A stretch of 64,000 bases of DNA from positions 151,986 to 215,985 of the forward strand of contig CAVRKH010000006.1 of NCBI GenBank assembly GCA_963721655.1, read 5' to 3'. Source of the DNA: an uncultured Chloroflexia bacterium. GTDB lineage: Bacteria; Chloroflexota; Limnocylindria; Limnocylindrales; CSP1-4. Below are positions 32,154 to 42,647 of this stretch, in pieces. The notes under the pieces are model-generated. The model saw only the letters and a program-made list of their open reading frames with translations. It had not been told where the DNA came from and ran no database searches. The first letter of the stretch is position 1. Each line of letters starts with the position of its first letter. Made by a program: the position numbers and the translations under genes.

Positions 32154-34800
32154 ATGGCAGACCTGATCACGCGCCCTGACAGCCGCCCCGATCGCGCACC
32201 TGCCGCGTCGCCCGAATCGCTTGCCGAGCGCCTGCTCGACACGCAGGCGCCGCAGCGTCCGCAGTCGACGCCGCGCATCCGGATCGAGGTGGACGGGCGA
32301 GTCGTGGAGGGCTTCGAGGGCCAGACGATCCTCGAGGTCTGCCGCGACAACGGGATCGAGATCCCGACGCTGTGCTACGAGCCGAAGCTGCCCGGGTTCG
32401 GTGCCTGCCGGATGTGCGTCGTCGAGGTCGAGGGCGAGGAGCACCCGCCGATCAGCTGCTCCCGGACGTGCGAGCCGGGCATGAAGGTCGAGACGCAGAC
32501 CGACGAGATCCGTCGGTTGCGCCGCACGAACCTCGAGCTGATCTTCAGCGACCACAACGCGTACTGCCTGCCGCCGTGCCAGAACAAGTGCCCGAGCCAC
32601 ATCGACATCCCGGGCTTCCTCAAGGCCAACGCCGAGGCGGACTGGCGCGAGTCGACGCGCATCTTCAAGCGCACGATCCCCTTCCCCAGCGTGCTCGGCC
32701 GGGTGTGCCCCGCCCCGTGCGAGGAGCACTGCCGCCGGGACGAGGTCGACGAGGCGATCGCGATCCGCGACAGCCACCGCTACGCGGGCGACCAGGTGAT
32801 CATGTCGATGCTCGACGAGGGCGTCGATCCGCCGCTCCCGTACGAGCGCCAGGCGCCGACCGGCCGCAAGGCGGCGGTGATCGGATCAGGTCCTGCCGGC
32901 ATGGCCGCCGCCTACTACCTGCTGCTCGCGGGCCACGAGGTGACGGTCTTCGAGCGCGACCCGGCGCCCGGAGGGATGCTCCGCTACGGCATTCCCGCAG
33001 TACCGGCTGCCGAAGGTCGAGGTGCTCGAGGCCGAGTACGAATCGGTCACGCGGCTGGGCGGCACGGTCGTGTGCGATGCGGGCCTCGGACGGGACTTCA
33101 CCCTCGACGACCTGACCAACCAGGGCTTCGGCGCCGTCCTCGTGGCGATCGGCTGCTACGAAGTGAACAAGCTCGGAGTCCCCGGCGAGGACGCGGCCGA
33201 GGTGCTCGACGGCCTCGAGTACCTGCGGACCGCGACGCTCGGGCTGCCGTACCCGGAGCACGCCGGCAAGCGCGTCGTCGTCATCGGCGGCGGGTTCACC
33301 TCGATGGACTGCTCGCGGACCTCGGTCCGCCAGGGCGCCGCCGAGGTGACGCTCGTGTACCGCCGCGACATGAAGGACATGCCCGCTGCCAACGAAGTGC
33401 ACGAGGCGATCGAGGAAGGTGTGACCACCATCTTCCAGGCGGGCCCGGTACGCGTCGTCACCGACAAGGCCGGCAACGTGACCGGCGTCGAGTTCATCCG
33501 GATGCGCCCGGGCGAGCCCGATGCCTCGGGCCGGCGCCGGCCCGAGCCCGCCCCGGGGACCGAGTTCACGATCCCCTGCGATCGTGTCCTGCTCGCGATC
33601 GGCCAGGGGCCGGAGCTCGACTGGATCGAGCAGCCCGGCAACGAGGGCGTGACCGCGAAGCGCGCCAGGCTGGCCGCCGACGCGGTGACGTTCGAGACCG
33701 GCCGGACCGGCGTGTTCGGCACCGGGGACGTGCGGATCGGTGCCGCGACGGTGGTCCAGGCAATCGCCGAGGGCCGGCGCGCCGCGTACGCGGTCGACGC
33801 CCACCTTCGCGGGCTCGACCTGTCGGCGATCCGCACGCGCCAGACGCTCGCCGAACCGCAGCCCGAGTTCCTGTCGATCGTGCCCTTCACGAGCGAGGTG
33901 AAGGAATCGCGCTACCGGATGACGGCGATGCCCGCCGAGGTCCGCAACCAGAGCTACGTCGAGTACGAGCTGCCGTACACGCCCGAGGCCGCGATGGCCG
34001 AATCGACGCGCTGCCTGCAGTGCACGTGCGAGGCGATCGGCTTCTGCGACCTGCGCCGGCTCGGCATCGAGTACGGCACGACGCTCAAGACGCTCGAGCC
34101 GCAGTACCACCAGGGCGCCGGCTACCGCAGCGTCACCGAGAACCGCTTCACCGGCACGAACCACGACTACATCCGCGACGACTCCCACGCGTTCATCCTG
34201 CGCGAGCCGTCGCGCTGCATCGACTGCGGGCGCTGCGCCAACGTGTGCGCCGAGGTCGTCGGGGCCGCCTGCTACGACTTCATGCGGATCGGCTTCGACA
34301 CGCTCGTGACGACACCGCTCGACATGAGCCTCAACGACACCCCGTGCGTGTCGTGCGGCCGCTGCGCCGAGACGTGCCCGACCGGGGCGCTGATGCCGAA
34401 GCCGCGCGTGCTCGAGAAGTACGAGGTCGACGAGAGCCGCTGCATCCTGTGCGGCATCTGCGTCGACGCGTGCCCGTACGACGCGCTCCGCGACGGCGCC
34501 GACATCGAGCTCGCCCAGACCAGCCGCGAGGAGCCGATGATCGACCTCATGGCGATCGCGGCGATCGACCGCGAGACCGAGGTGACCTACATCCGGCGCG
34601 AGGCCGACTGGGCGACGCGGGCCGCAGCCGAGGGCCGCATCATCGACGCCGGGCGGCTGCTGCCGGTGCTCCCGGCGACGACCACCGGCCTGCCGTCGGG
34701 GAACGGCCATGGCGCCAACGGCAACGGCCACGCGGCGCTGGGCAGCGGACACGGAAACGGCGGGCATGGCGCCGGCGGCGGCCACGCCCACCCGAAGTAG
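32154..34800 (+). CDS. multidomain Fe-S flavoprotein: NuoG-type 2Fe-2S domain + GltD-like NAD(P)H:FAD oxidoreductase module + NuoG/HydA-type 4Fe-4S domains + His/Gly-rich tail; frame broken by one extra base near 32997
   Basis: - Fer2 domain: IEVDGRVVEGFEGQTILEVC...PTLCYEPKLPGFGACRMCVVEV.
- GltD N-terminal region: CLPPCQNKCPSHIDIPGFLK...FPSVLGRVCPAPCEEHC.
- Dinucleotide motifs: AAVIGSGPAGMAAAYYL and VVVIGGGFTSMDC.
- Cys motifs: CIDCGRCANVC, CVSCGRCAETCP and CILCGICVDACP.
- The length of 2647 nt equals 3n+1.
- No molybdopterin-like domain is present. Confidence 0.75.
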
Positions 34801-34802
34801 CC

Positions 34803-35402
34803 ATGCTCCGCAAGCTCGTGCCGATCCTGATCGCGGCCGCGATCCTCGGCATGGTCACCGGTATCGCCGCGTTGATGATCGTGCTGCTGGGGCAGGACTG
34901 GGAGGACGCCCTCCTGTGGCTGCTGTCGGCGGTGATGATCGGCTCGGCGCTGCTCGTCGTGACGATGCGCGACATCATCCGCTGCGGCCTCGCGATGATC
35001 GTGTGCTTCGGGGCCCTCGCCGGGATCTACGTGCTCCTCGGGGCACCGCTCATCGGCGCCGCGCAGGTGATCGTGTACATCGGCGCGATCAGCGTGCTGA
35101 TCCTGTTCGCGATCATGCTCACCCAGACCAAGGACGCGCCGCGCGTGCTGGTCTTCCAGACCCAGTCGGCAGCGGCGGCCGTTGCCTCGATCATCATCGC
35201 AGTCCTCCTGGCGCTGTCGATCACGGCGACGGACTGGGGTGAGCTGCCGGCGCGAGTCCGGCTCGCGACGAACGAGCTGTCGCGCATCCTGTTCACCGAC
35301 GCAGGCAACCTGCTCCCGTTCGAGGTGATCGGGGTGCTGCTGCTGGCGGCCGTGATCGGCGGCGTGTACCTGGCAAAGCGCGAGCCGGGCGGACCGGCGT
35401 GA
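34803..35402 (+). CDS. nuoJ: NADH-quinone oxidoreductase subunit J
   Basis: [27 protein letters not shown] and [17 protein letters not shown]. Confidence 0.85.
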   Translation: MLRKLVPILIAAAILGMVTGIAALMIVLLGQDWEDALLWLLSAVMIGSALLVVTMRDIIRCGLAMIVCFGALAGIYVLLGAPLIGAAQVIVYIGAISVLILFAIMLTQTKDAPRVLVFQTQSAAAAVASIIIAVLLALSITATDWGELPARVRLATNELSRILFTDAGNLLPFEVIGVLLLAAVIGGVYLAKREPGGPA

Positions 35403-35725
35403 GCAATTCGCTCGACGCCTACCTGATCCTGTCGACGCTCCTCTTCTCGATCGGCACGTTCGGGTTCCTCGCCCGGCGGAACGCGATCAGCATGCTCATG
35501 TCGATCGAGCTCATGCTCAACGCGGTCAACCTGGCGATCGTCGCCTTCGCCGCGTTCGGGGCGTTCGGAGCGACGCCCGAGGGCGTGTCGCGCGGGTCCG
35601 TGATCGCACTGATGGTCATCTCGGTCGCTGCGGCCGAGGCGACGGTCGGCCTCGCGATCATCATCGCCATCTACCGGAACCGGCGAACGCCGCTCGTTGA
35701 CGAGTACGACTCCATGCGCCAATGA
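35399..35725 (+). CDS. nuoK: NADH-quinone oxidoreductase subunit K
   Basis: [32 protein letters not shown]...[12 protein letters not shown]. The GTG start overlaps the nuoJ stop. Confidence 0.9.
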   Translation: MSNSLDAYLILSTLLFSIGTFGFLARRNAISMLMSIELMLNAVNLAIVAFAAFGAFGATPEGVSRGSVIALMVISVAAAEATVGLAIIIAIYRNRRTPLVDEYDSMRQ

Positions 35726-35766
35726 GCGAGCGCGGCTCACGCGTCGGCAGGCAAGGCTGATCGACG

Positions 35767-37752
35767 TTGGACACGCTGATCCCCCTCATCCCGGTCCTGC
35801 CGTTTGCAGGCTTCGCGATCACCGCCCTGATCGGTCGGCGGCTGGGCAAGCAGGCGCACTGGATCCCGGTCCTCGCCGTCTTCGCGGCGTGGGTCATCTC
35901 GATGCTCGCGTCGTATTACGTGCTGAGCGGTGCGGCGCCGCTGGCCGCGGGCTCCGAGGACCTGCACGCGTACGTCGTGCCCATCTACGAGTGGATCCCG
36001 GCCGGCGCGTTCCAGGTCGAGGTCGGGTTCTTCGTCGACCCGCTGACCGCCTGCCTCCTGATCGTCGTCACGACGATCGGCCTGCTGGTGCACATCTACT
36101 CGATCGGGTACATGGGCCACGACCCGGGGTACTGGCGCTTCTTCGCGTACCTGAACCTGTTCATGTTCTCGATGCTCCTGCTGGTCCTCGCGGACAGCTG
36201 GCTGGTCGTGTTCGTGGCCTGGGAGCTGGTCGGCCTGTGCAGCTACCTGCTGATCGGCTTCTGGTTCCGCAGGCACTCGGCGGCCCTCGCCGCCAAGAAG
36301 GCGTTCCTGGTGAACCGCGTGGGCGACGTCGGCTTCGCGCTCGGGATCATGGCGATCTTCGCGACCACGCTCGCGATCGGTGAGCCGACGCTCAACATTC
36401 GCGCGTCGATCGAGCTCCTGACCGTTCACGCTGCCGATCTGACGATCCCGATCACGGTCATCGCGCTGCTCATCCTGGCCGGCGCGATGGGCAAGAGCGC
36501 CCAGTTCCCGCTCCACGTGTGGCTGCCCGACGCGATGGAAGGCCCGACCCCGGTGTCGGCGCTGATCCACGCGGCGACGATGGTCAACGCCGGCGTCTAC
36601 CTGGTGGCCCGGGCGAACCTGTTGTTCGCCGGCGCCCCGAGCGCGATGGTCATCGTGGCCGCCATCGGCATCTTCACGGCCATCCTCGCGGCGACGATCG
36701 CGATGACCCAGACCGACATCAAGCGCGTGCTCGCCTATTCGACGCTCAGCCAGCTCGGCTACATGTTCGCGGCGCTCGGCGTCGGCGCGTTTACCGCGGC
36801 GATCTTCCACCTCATGACCCACGGCTTCTTCAAGGGCCTGCTGTTCCTCGGCTCCGGCTCGGTCATCCACTCGGTCGAGGACGAGCAGGACATGCGCCAG
36901 ATGGGCGGGCTGTCGAAGAAGATCCCGATCACGTACGTGACGATGCTGATCGGGTCGTTCGCCATCGCGGGCATCCCGCCACTGGCCGGGTTCTTCTCGA
37001 AGGACGAAGTCCTCGGCGAGGCCTACAAGCTCGGCTTCTACTGGGTCTGGGGGATCGGCCTGTTCGTCGCCCTGCTGACGGCGTTCTACATGTTCCGGCT
37101 CATGGGCCTGACCTTCTGGGGTGACTTCCGTGGCCCGCGGGAGCTGTGGGACAGGATCCACGAGTCGCCGAGGATCATGACGATCCCGCTGATCCTGCTC
37201 GCCATTCCGTCGGTGTTCCTCGGCCTGCTGCTCGGCTTGCCCCTGGGCGACAGCACGATCCACCAGTGGCTCGCGCCGGTGTTCCAGGAGGCCGAGGAGC
37301 TGCTCGCCCTTCCGGAGGCCCAGTACCAGCTGTTCGGCATCGACGGCGTGCTCATCGTCGCGAGCGTGGCCGTCGCGTCCGTCGGCGTTGCGCTTGCCTG
37401 GCGGTTCTTCGGCGTCGACATCGGCCCCGTGCGGCTGTCCAGCCGCCCCGAGGCTGTCCGGAGCATGACCGCCCGGGTGCCGTTCCTGTACCGCGCATCG
37501 CTCAACAAGTGGTGGTTCGACGACCTCTATCACCTGCTGTTCATCGTGATCGGCGGGCGGATCGCCGCGTTCCTGTGGTGGTTCGACCGTGAGGTCGTCG
37601 ATGGGACCGTCAACGGCATCGGCAGACTGACCGTCGGGGCAGGCCGTGAGCTGCGCCTGGTGCAGACGGGTCGGGTCCAGAACTACGCGCTCGGGATCGC
37701 CTTCGGGCTGATCGTGATGGCCGGCTCGTACCTGATCCTGGCGGGCCGCTGA
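35767..37752 (+). CDS. nuoL: NADH-quinone oxidoreductase subunit L
   Basis: WELVGLCSYLLIGFW, GKSAQFPLHVWLPDAMEGPTPVSALIHAATMV and a long C-terminal amphipathic region. 661 aa. Confidence 0.9.
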   Translation: MDTLIPLIPVLPFAGFAITALIGRRLGKQAHWIPVLAVFAAWVISMLASYYVLSGAAPLAAGSEDLHAYVVPIYEWIPAGAFQVEVGFFVDPLTACLLIVVTTIGLLVHIYSIGYMGHDPGYWRFFAYLNLFMFSMLLLVLADSWLVVFVAWELVGLCSYLLIGFWFRRHSAALAAKKAFLVNRVGDVGFALGIMAIFATTLAIGEPTLNIRASIELLTVHAADLTIPITVIALLILAGAMGKSAQFPLHVWLPDAMEGPTPVSALIHAATMVNAGVYLVARANLLFAGAPSAMVIVAAIGIFTAILAATIAMTQTDIKRVLAYSTLSQLGYMFAALGVGAFTAAIFHLMTHGFFKGLLFLGSGSVIHSVEDEQDMRQMGGLSKKIPITYVTMLIGSFAIAGIPPLAGFFSKDEVLGEAYKLGFYWVWGIGLFVALLTAFYMFRLMGLTFWGDFRGPRELWDRIHESPRIMTIPLILLAIPSVFLGLLLGLPLGDSTIHQWLAPVFQEAEELLALPEAQYQLFGIDGVLIVASVAVASVGVALAWRFFGVDIGPVRLSSRPEAVRSMTARVPFLYRASLNKWWFDDLYHLLFIVIGGRIAAFLWWFDREVVDGTVNGIGRLTVGAGRELRLVQTGRVQNYALGIAFGLIVMAGSYLILAGR

Positions 37753-37754
37753 CG

Positions 37755-39414
37755 ATGAACGTCACCGACATCCCGATCCTGTCGATCCTGATCTTCCTGC
37801 CGCTGCTCGGCTCGATCGTGCTGGCCGTCCTGCCGACGACGATGACGCGCCCCGTGGCACTCGGCACGGCGCTGCTGACGTGGGTGGTGTCCCTGCTCCT
37901 GCTGGTCGGCTACGCGCCGACCTCGCCGGGCTTCCAGTACACGGAGACGCTCGACTGGATCCCGCTGTTCGGGATCCAGTACAAGCTCGGCGTCGACGGG
38001 GTGTCGGCGGCGCTCGTCGTCCTCACGACGACCCTGACCTGGATCTCGATCCTCGCGAGCTTCGTCCCGATCCAGACCCGGATCAAGGAGTACATGGTCT
38101 CGTTCCTCGTGCTCGAGCTCGGCATGCTCGGCGTGTTCCTGGCACTGGACCTGTTCCTGTTCTACATCTTCTGGGAGATCGTCCTCGTCCCGATGTACCT
38201 GATCATCGGGATCTGGGGCGGATCGAACCGGATCTACGCCACGATCAAGTTCGTCCTGTACACCCTCGTCGGGTCGCTGCTGATGCTCGTGGCGATCCTC
38301 GCCACCGCGTTCGCCTACCAGTCCGCGACCGGCAGCTGGGTGAACGCCTTCGACTACGAGACGCTGCGCGCCTTCGCGCTCGACCCGGCCGGCGGGTTCG
38401 CGCCGGAGCTCCAGGTCGCCGCGTTCATCGCGTTCTTCCTGGCGTTCGCGATCAAGGTCCCGATGTTCCCGTTCCATACGTGGCTGCCCGACGCGCACAC
38501 CGAGGCGCCAACGGCCGGCTCGGTGATCCTCGCCGGCGTCATGCTCAAGCTCGGCGGCTACGGTCTGCTGCGGTTCGCCATCCCGCTGTTCCCCGACGCG
38601 GCACAGACGTTCGCGCCGGTGGTCATCGCGCTGTCGCTGATCGGGATCATCTACGGCGCGATCGTCGCCCTGGTCCAACCGGACCTCAAGCGCCTCGTCG
38701 CCTACTCGTCGGTCAGCCACATGGGCTTCGTCACGCTCGGCCTGTTCGTGTTCAACGAGCAGGGCGTGCAGGGCGCGATCCTCCAGATGATCAACCACGG
38801 CCTGATCACGGGCGCCCTGTTCCTGCTCGTCGGCGTGATCTACGAGCGGACCCACGACCGGACGATCTCGAAGATGGGCGGGCTCGCCGCGCTGATGCCT
38901 GTCTACGTGCTGACGTTCGGCTTCTTCGCGTTCGCGTCGGCCGGGCTGCCGGGCCTCAGCGGCTTCGTCGGGGAGTTCCTGACGCTCGTCGGCGCGTTCG
39001 TCGCCAACCCGTGGGTCGCGGCGATCGCGGCGTTCGTGATGATCCTCGGGGCCGCGTACCTGCTGTGGATGTTCCAGCGCATCGCCTTCGGCGAGGTCTC
39101 GCCGTTCTTCCGTGACCTCGGGCACCACCTGACCGACATGACGCCCGATCGAGGTGGCGACCCTCGTGCCGCTTGCCGGGCTCGTGGTCGCCTTCGGCCT
39201 GTTCCCGGGCCTCCTGCTCGACCTGATCCCGCTGACCGTCGCCGCCACGGTCGAGAGCGCGGACGCCGGCCAGGTGATCGCGATCCCGACCGAGATCGTG
39301 CTGGCGGCCCTCGGCCTGCTCCTGGCCTTCGTCGTCGGCCGGATCGTGTACGTCGCGGTTCTCGACCACGAGCCGGCGGCCGAGCCGGCGCGGGGCGCGG
39401 GTGGGGCCGGATGA
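37755..39414 (+). CDS. nuoM: NADH-quinone oxidoreductase subunit M; frame broken by one extra base near 39147
   Basis: FYIFWEIVLVPMYLIIGIWGG and KVPMFPFHTWLPDAHTEAPTAGSVILAGV. The C-terminus (IEVATLVPLAGLVVAFGLFPGLLLDL...) is in the +1 frame. 1660 nt equals 3n+1. The stop overlaps the nuoN ATG (ATGA). Confidence 0.85.
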
Positions 39415-40910
39415 CGTTCCAGGAGCTCACCACCGTCGCACCCTTCGTTGCCGCTGTTCTCACGGCAATCGCGATCATGCTCGTGGACCTGGCCTGGCCG
39501 AACCGGTCCGCGCTCGCGGTCGGCACCGCCCTGATCGGGCTGGCCATCACGGCCGGGCTGGTCATCCTCGTCGGCGGCTCCGGCACCACCGCCCAGTTCG
39601 CGTTCGGCGGCACCTACGAAGTGGACGCCCTCACCACGTTCCTCCAGTTGCTGCTGATCGGCGTGGTCGCACTGTCGATCGTGTTCGGTCCGGATTACCT
39701 CGGGCCGCGCAACCTGCCGACCGCCGAGTTCGCAACCGTGCTCGTGTTCGCGCTCACGGGCGCGATGTTGATCGCCGCCTCGGCCGACCTGCTGATCCTG
39801 TTCATCGCCCTCGAGCTGATGGTGCTGCCCGGGTACCTGCTGGCGGCCTACCACAAGTCCGACGCCTACTCGACCGAGGGCGCGATCAAGTACTTCCTGC
39901 TGGGCTCGTTCAGCTCGGCCATCTTCCTGTTCGGCCTTGCGTTCGTGTGGGGCATGACGGGCACCACCAGCACGGCCGGGGTGGCCGAGGCGCTCAGCGC
40001 GATCGTGGCCGGGTCGAGCGAGCTGTCGCCGGGGCTGGCGATGGGCCTCGCGCTGATGACGACCGGCGTCGCGTTCAAGATCGCCGCGGTGCCGTTCCAC
40101 TACTGGACGCCGGACGCCTACCAGGGCTCGCCGACACCGGTGACCGGCTACCTGTCGGTGGGCCCGAAGGTCGGCGCGTTCGCGCTGATCCTGCGGCTGT
40201 TTGCCGACGGGCTCTACCCGCTGGCCGAGTGGTGGCTCCCGGTCATCCTCGTGCTCTCGACGCTGACCATGACGCTCGGCAATCTCGTCGCCCTGACCCA
40301 GGACAACGTCAAGCGGATGCTGGGGTACAGCTCGATCGCGCACACCGGCTACATGCTGGTCGGGCTCGCGGCCTACGCGGCAGGCGAGCTGCAGGGCCTC
40401 GAAGGGCTCCTCTACTACACCGCGGCGTACGCCGCGATGAACCTCGGGGCGTTCGCCGTCGTCGCGGCGCTCCAGAAGCGGTCAGGCGTGACCTCGCAGC
40501 TCGAGACGTTCGCAGGCCTCGGCAGGCGCGAGCCGCTGCTCGGCGGCCTGATGGTGCTGTTCCTGCTGTCGCTGATCGGAATCCCGCCGACGGCCGGCTT
40601 CTTTGCCAAGGCCTACGTGATCATCGCCGCGGTCGAGGTGGGCGGACCGCTCACGATTCTGGCCGTGATCATGGTCATCAACGCCGCGATCGCTGCCTTC
40701 TACTACCTGCGCGTCGTCGTGTACATGTACATGCGCGAGCCGCGTACCGAGCAGGCGCCACTCCGCCACGGCCGCCTGCTGTGGTCCGGGCTGGCGGTCA
40801 CCACCGTGCTCGTGATCGTGCTCGGATTGTTTCCCACGACCGTCTTCGAGGCGGTGAGCGAGGCAGCGCAGGCGCTGCCGCCGATCGAGGTCACGCAGGC
40901 GTCGAACTGA
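39411..40910 (+). CDS. nuoN: NADH-quinone oxidoreductase subunit N
   Basis: LELMVLPGYLLAAY, FKIAAVPFHYWTPDAYQGSPTPVTGYLSVGPK and MLGYSSIAHTGYML. Confidence 0.9.
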   Translation: MTFQELTTVAPFVAAVLTAIAIMLVDLAWPNRSALAVGTALIGLAITAGLVILVGGSGTTAQFAFGGTYEVDALTTFLQLLLIGVVALSIVFGPDYLGPRNLPTAEFATVLVFALTGAMLIAASADLLILFIALELMVLPGYLLAAYHKSDAYSTEGAIKYFLLGSFSSAIFLFGLAFVWGMTGTTSTAGVAEALSAIVAGSSELSPGLAMGLALMTTGVAFKIAAVPFHYWTPDAYQGSPTPVTGYLSVGPKVGAFALILRLFADGLYPLAEWWLPVILVLSTLTMTLGNLVALTQDNVKRMLGYSSIAHTGYMLVGLAAYAAGELQGLEGLLYYTAAYAAMNLGAFAVVAALQKRSGVTSQLETFAGLGRREPLLGGLMVLFLLSLIGIPPTAGFFAKAYVIIAAVEVGGPLTILAVIMVINAAIAAFYYLRVVVYMYMREPRTEQAPLRHGRLLWSGLAVTTVLVIVLGLFPTTVFEAVSEAAQALPPIEVTQASN

Positions 40911-40966
40911 GGCGCTGTCCGCGCCCGGCGAGACGGCCGCCGGAGCGGCGGACTAGAGTTCGGCGC

Positions 40967-42647
40967 ATGCCCAACCCCCGTCCGACGCTGCTCGACGAGC
41001 TTCTCCCCGACGGCGCGCGGCTGTTCGTCGTCTCGAATCGCGGCCCCGTCACGTTCGAGACCGCTCCACGGTTCCGCCAGGCGACCGATCTCGACAACGG
41101 CGAGCGCGTGCCGTTCGACGCACGCGGCCTCACGGCGTCGCGTGGCTCGGGCGGCCTGGTCACGGCCCTCGCCGAGGTGGGGCGCTACGCGCCGATCACC
41201 TGGGTCGCGACCGCCTCAACGGACGGCGACCGGATCGCCGCGCCCGAATTGCGGCGGAGCCATGTCCCGCTCGAATCGATCCCGCCGCGCGAGCGGCCGG
41301 TCGGCCCGGCGCGTGCGCGAGCTGCTCGACGACCTGCTGCCCGGCCAGGATCTGCGGCTCGATTACGTGGACCTGCCGCGCGACATGTACAACGCCTTCT
41401 ACGAGACCGTCTCGAACCCGTTCCTGTGGTTCCTGCAGCACCAGATGTACGCGCTGCCGTACGGGCCGAACGTCGACGGTGCGCTGATCGACGCGTGGCG
41501 GAACGGCTACCGGCCCGCCAACCAGGCGCTCGCAGAAGCCGTCGTCGAGGCGGCGAAGGGCGTCGAGCGCCCGATCGTGCTCCTCCAGGACTACCACCTG
41601 TACCTGGCCGCCGCGCAGCTTCGTGAGCTGCGGCCGGACGCCACGATCCTCCACTTCAACCACATCCCGTGGCCGCCGGCGAGCATCTGGCAGATGCTGC
41701 CCCAGGGCATCCGCCGCGCGATCTGTGAGGGCCTGCTCGGCAGCGACATCATCGGCCTCCAGACCGACCGCTACGCCGACCAGTTCCTGGACACGGTGGC
41801 GAGCTTCGTGCGCGATGCCCGGGTCGACCGCGACGGTCGCTCGATCCGCTGGCGCGACCGGCGGATCCGCGTCGCGACGTATCCGATCTCGATCGATCCC
41901 GACGGCCTCGCCCGGTTCGCTCGATCCGACGGGGTGACGGATCGCCTCGAACGGCTCGAGTCGCGCCTGCGGCGGGCCGGTAACCCGCGGGTGATCGTGC
42001 GTGCCGACCGGATCGAGCCCTCGAAGAACGCGCTCCGCGGGTTCCTCGCATTCGAGGCGCTCCTGCACAGCCATCCCGAGCTCCGCCGCGAGGTCCGCTT
42101 CGTCGCGGTCCACGCCCCGACGCGAACGTCCATCCGCGAGTACGCCGAATACGCCGCGGCGGTCCGCGAGGTGGTCGCCCGCGTCAACGGGCTGGCCGAG
42201 CCGGACGACCAGCCGATCTGGATCTACGACGGCTCGGACTACGCGATGGCCATCGCGGCGATGCGCCGCGCCGACGTCATCCTCGTGAACCCGATCGTCG
42301 ATGGCATGAACCTGGTGGCCAAGGAGGCGGTCCTCGTCGGGGAGCGCCTGCCGGTCCTCGTGCTGTCGGAGACGGCCGGAGCCGCTGAGCAGCTCGCCGC
42401 GGATTCGCTGACGATCGCCCCGGCCGACGTGGCCGGCACCGCCGACATGCTCGAGCGTGCGCTGGCGATGCCCGCGGAGGAACGGCGCGCGCGCCTGCGC
42501 CGGCTGCGGGCCGCCGTGCGCGAGCAGGACCTGGCGTGGTGGCTGCGTCGCCAGGTGCGCGACATTGCGGCCGTCCGAAGCGGCGCCCTGGCGCCGTCCC
42601 GCCGGCTGCGCGACACCGTCCGTCGGGTGGAGGCCGAACCGGCCTAG
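40967..42647 (+). CDS. otsA: alpha,alpha-trehalose-phosphate synthase (GT20, OtsA-like); frame broken by one extra base somewhere in 41250-41310
   Basis: N-terminus LFVVSNRGPVTFE (frame of 40967). The +1 frame then gives YNAFYETVSNPFLWFLQH, LLQDYHLYL, VRADRIEPSKNALRGF and PIVDGMNLVAKE. 1681 nt equals 3n+1. Confidence 0.85.

Noticed and set aside
34380-34800. Idea that the missing second half of NuoI is encoded at the C-terminus of the Fer2-GltD protein (CILCGICVDACPYDAL...)
   Set aside because: The last two CxxCxxCxxxCP motifs are adjacent. They more simply form their own 2[4Fe-4S] domain, as in NuoG/HydA-type N-termini. The similarity to the NuoI C-terminus is generic ferredoxin similarity that I cannot separate from chance without profile or structure analysis.
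35737-40343. Long minus-strand ORFs (35737-37533, 37683-40343), and similar ones at 30669-32777, 32800-34791, 18965-21901 and 49693-52155
   Set aside because: All are antisense or off-frame shadows of strongly supported plus-strand genes (nuoL/M/N, nuoF, the GltD-like gene, purH/glpX, ino1/acyltransferases). They have charge-rich, motif-free translations.
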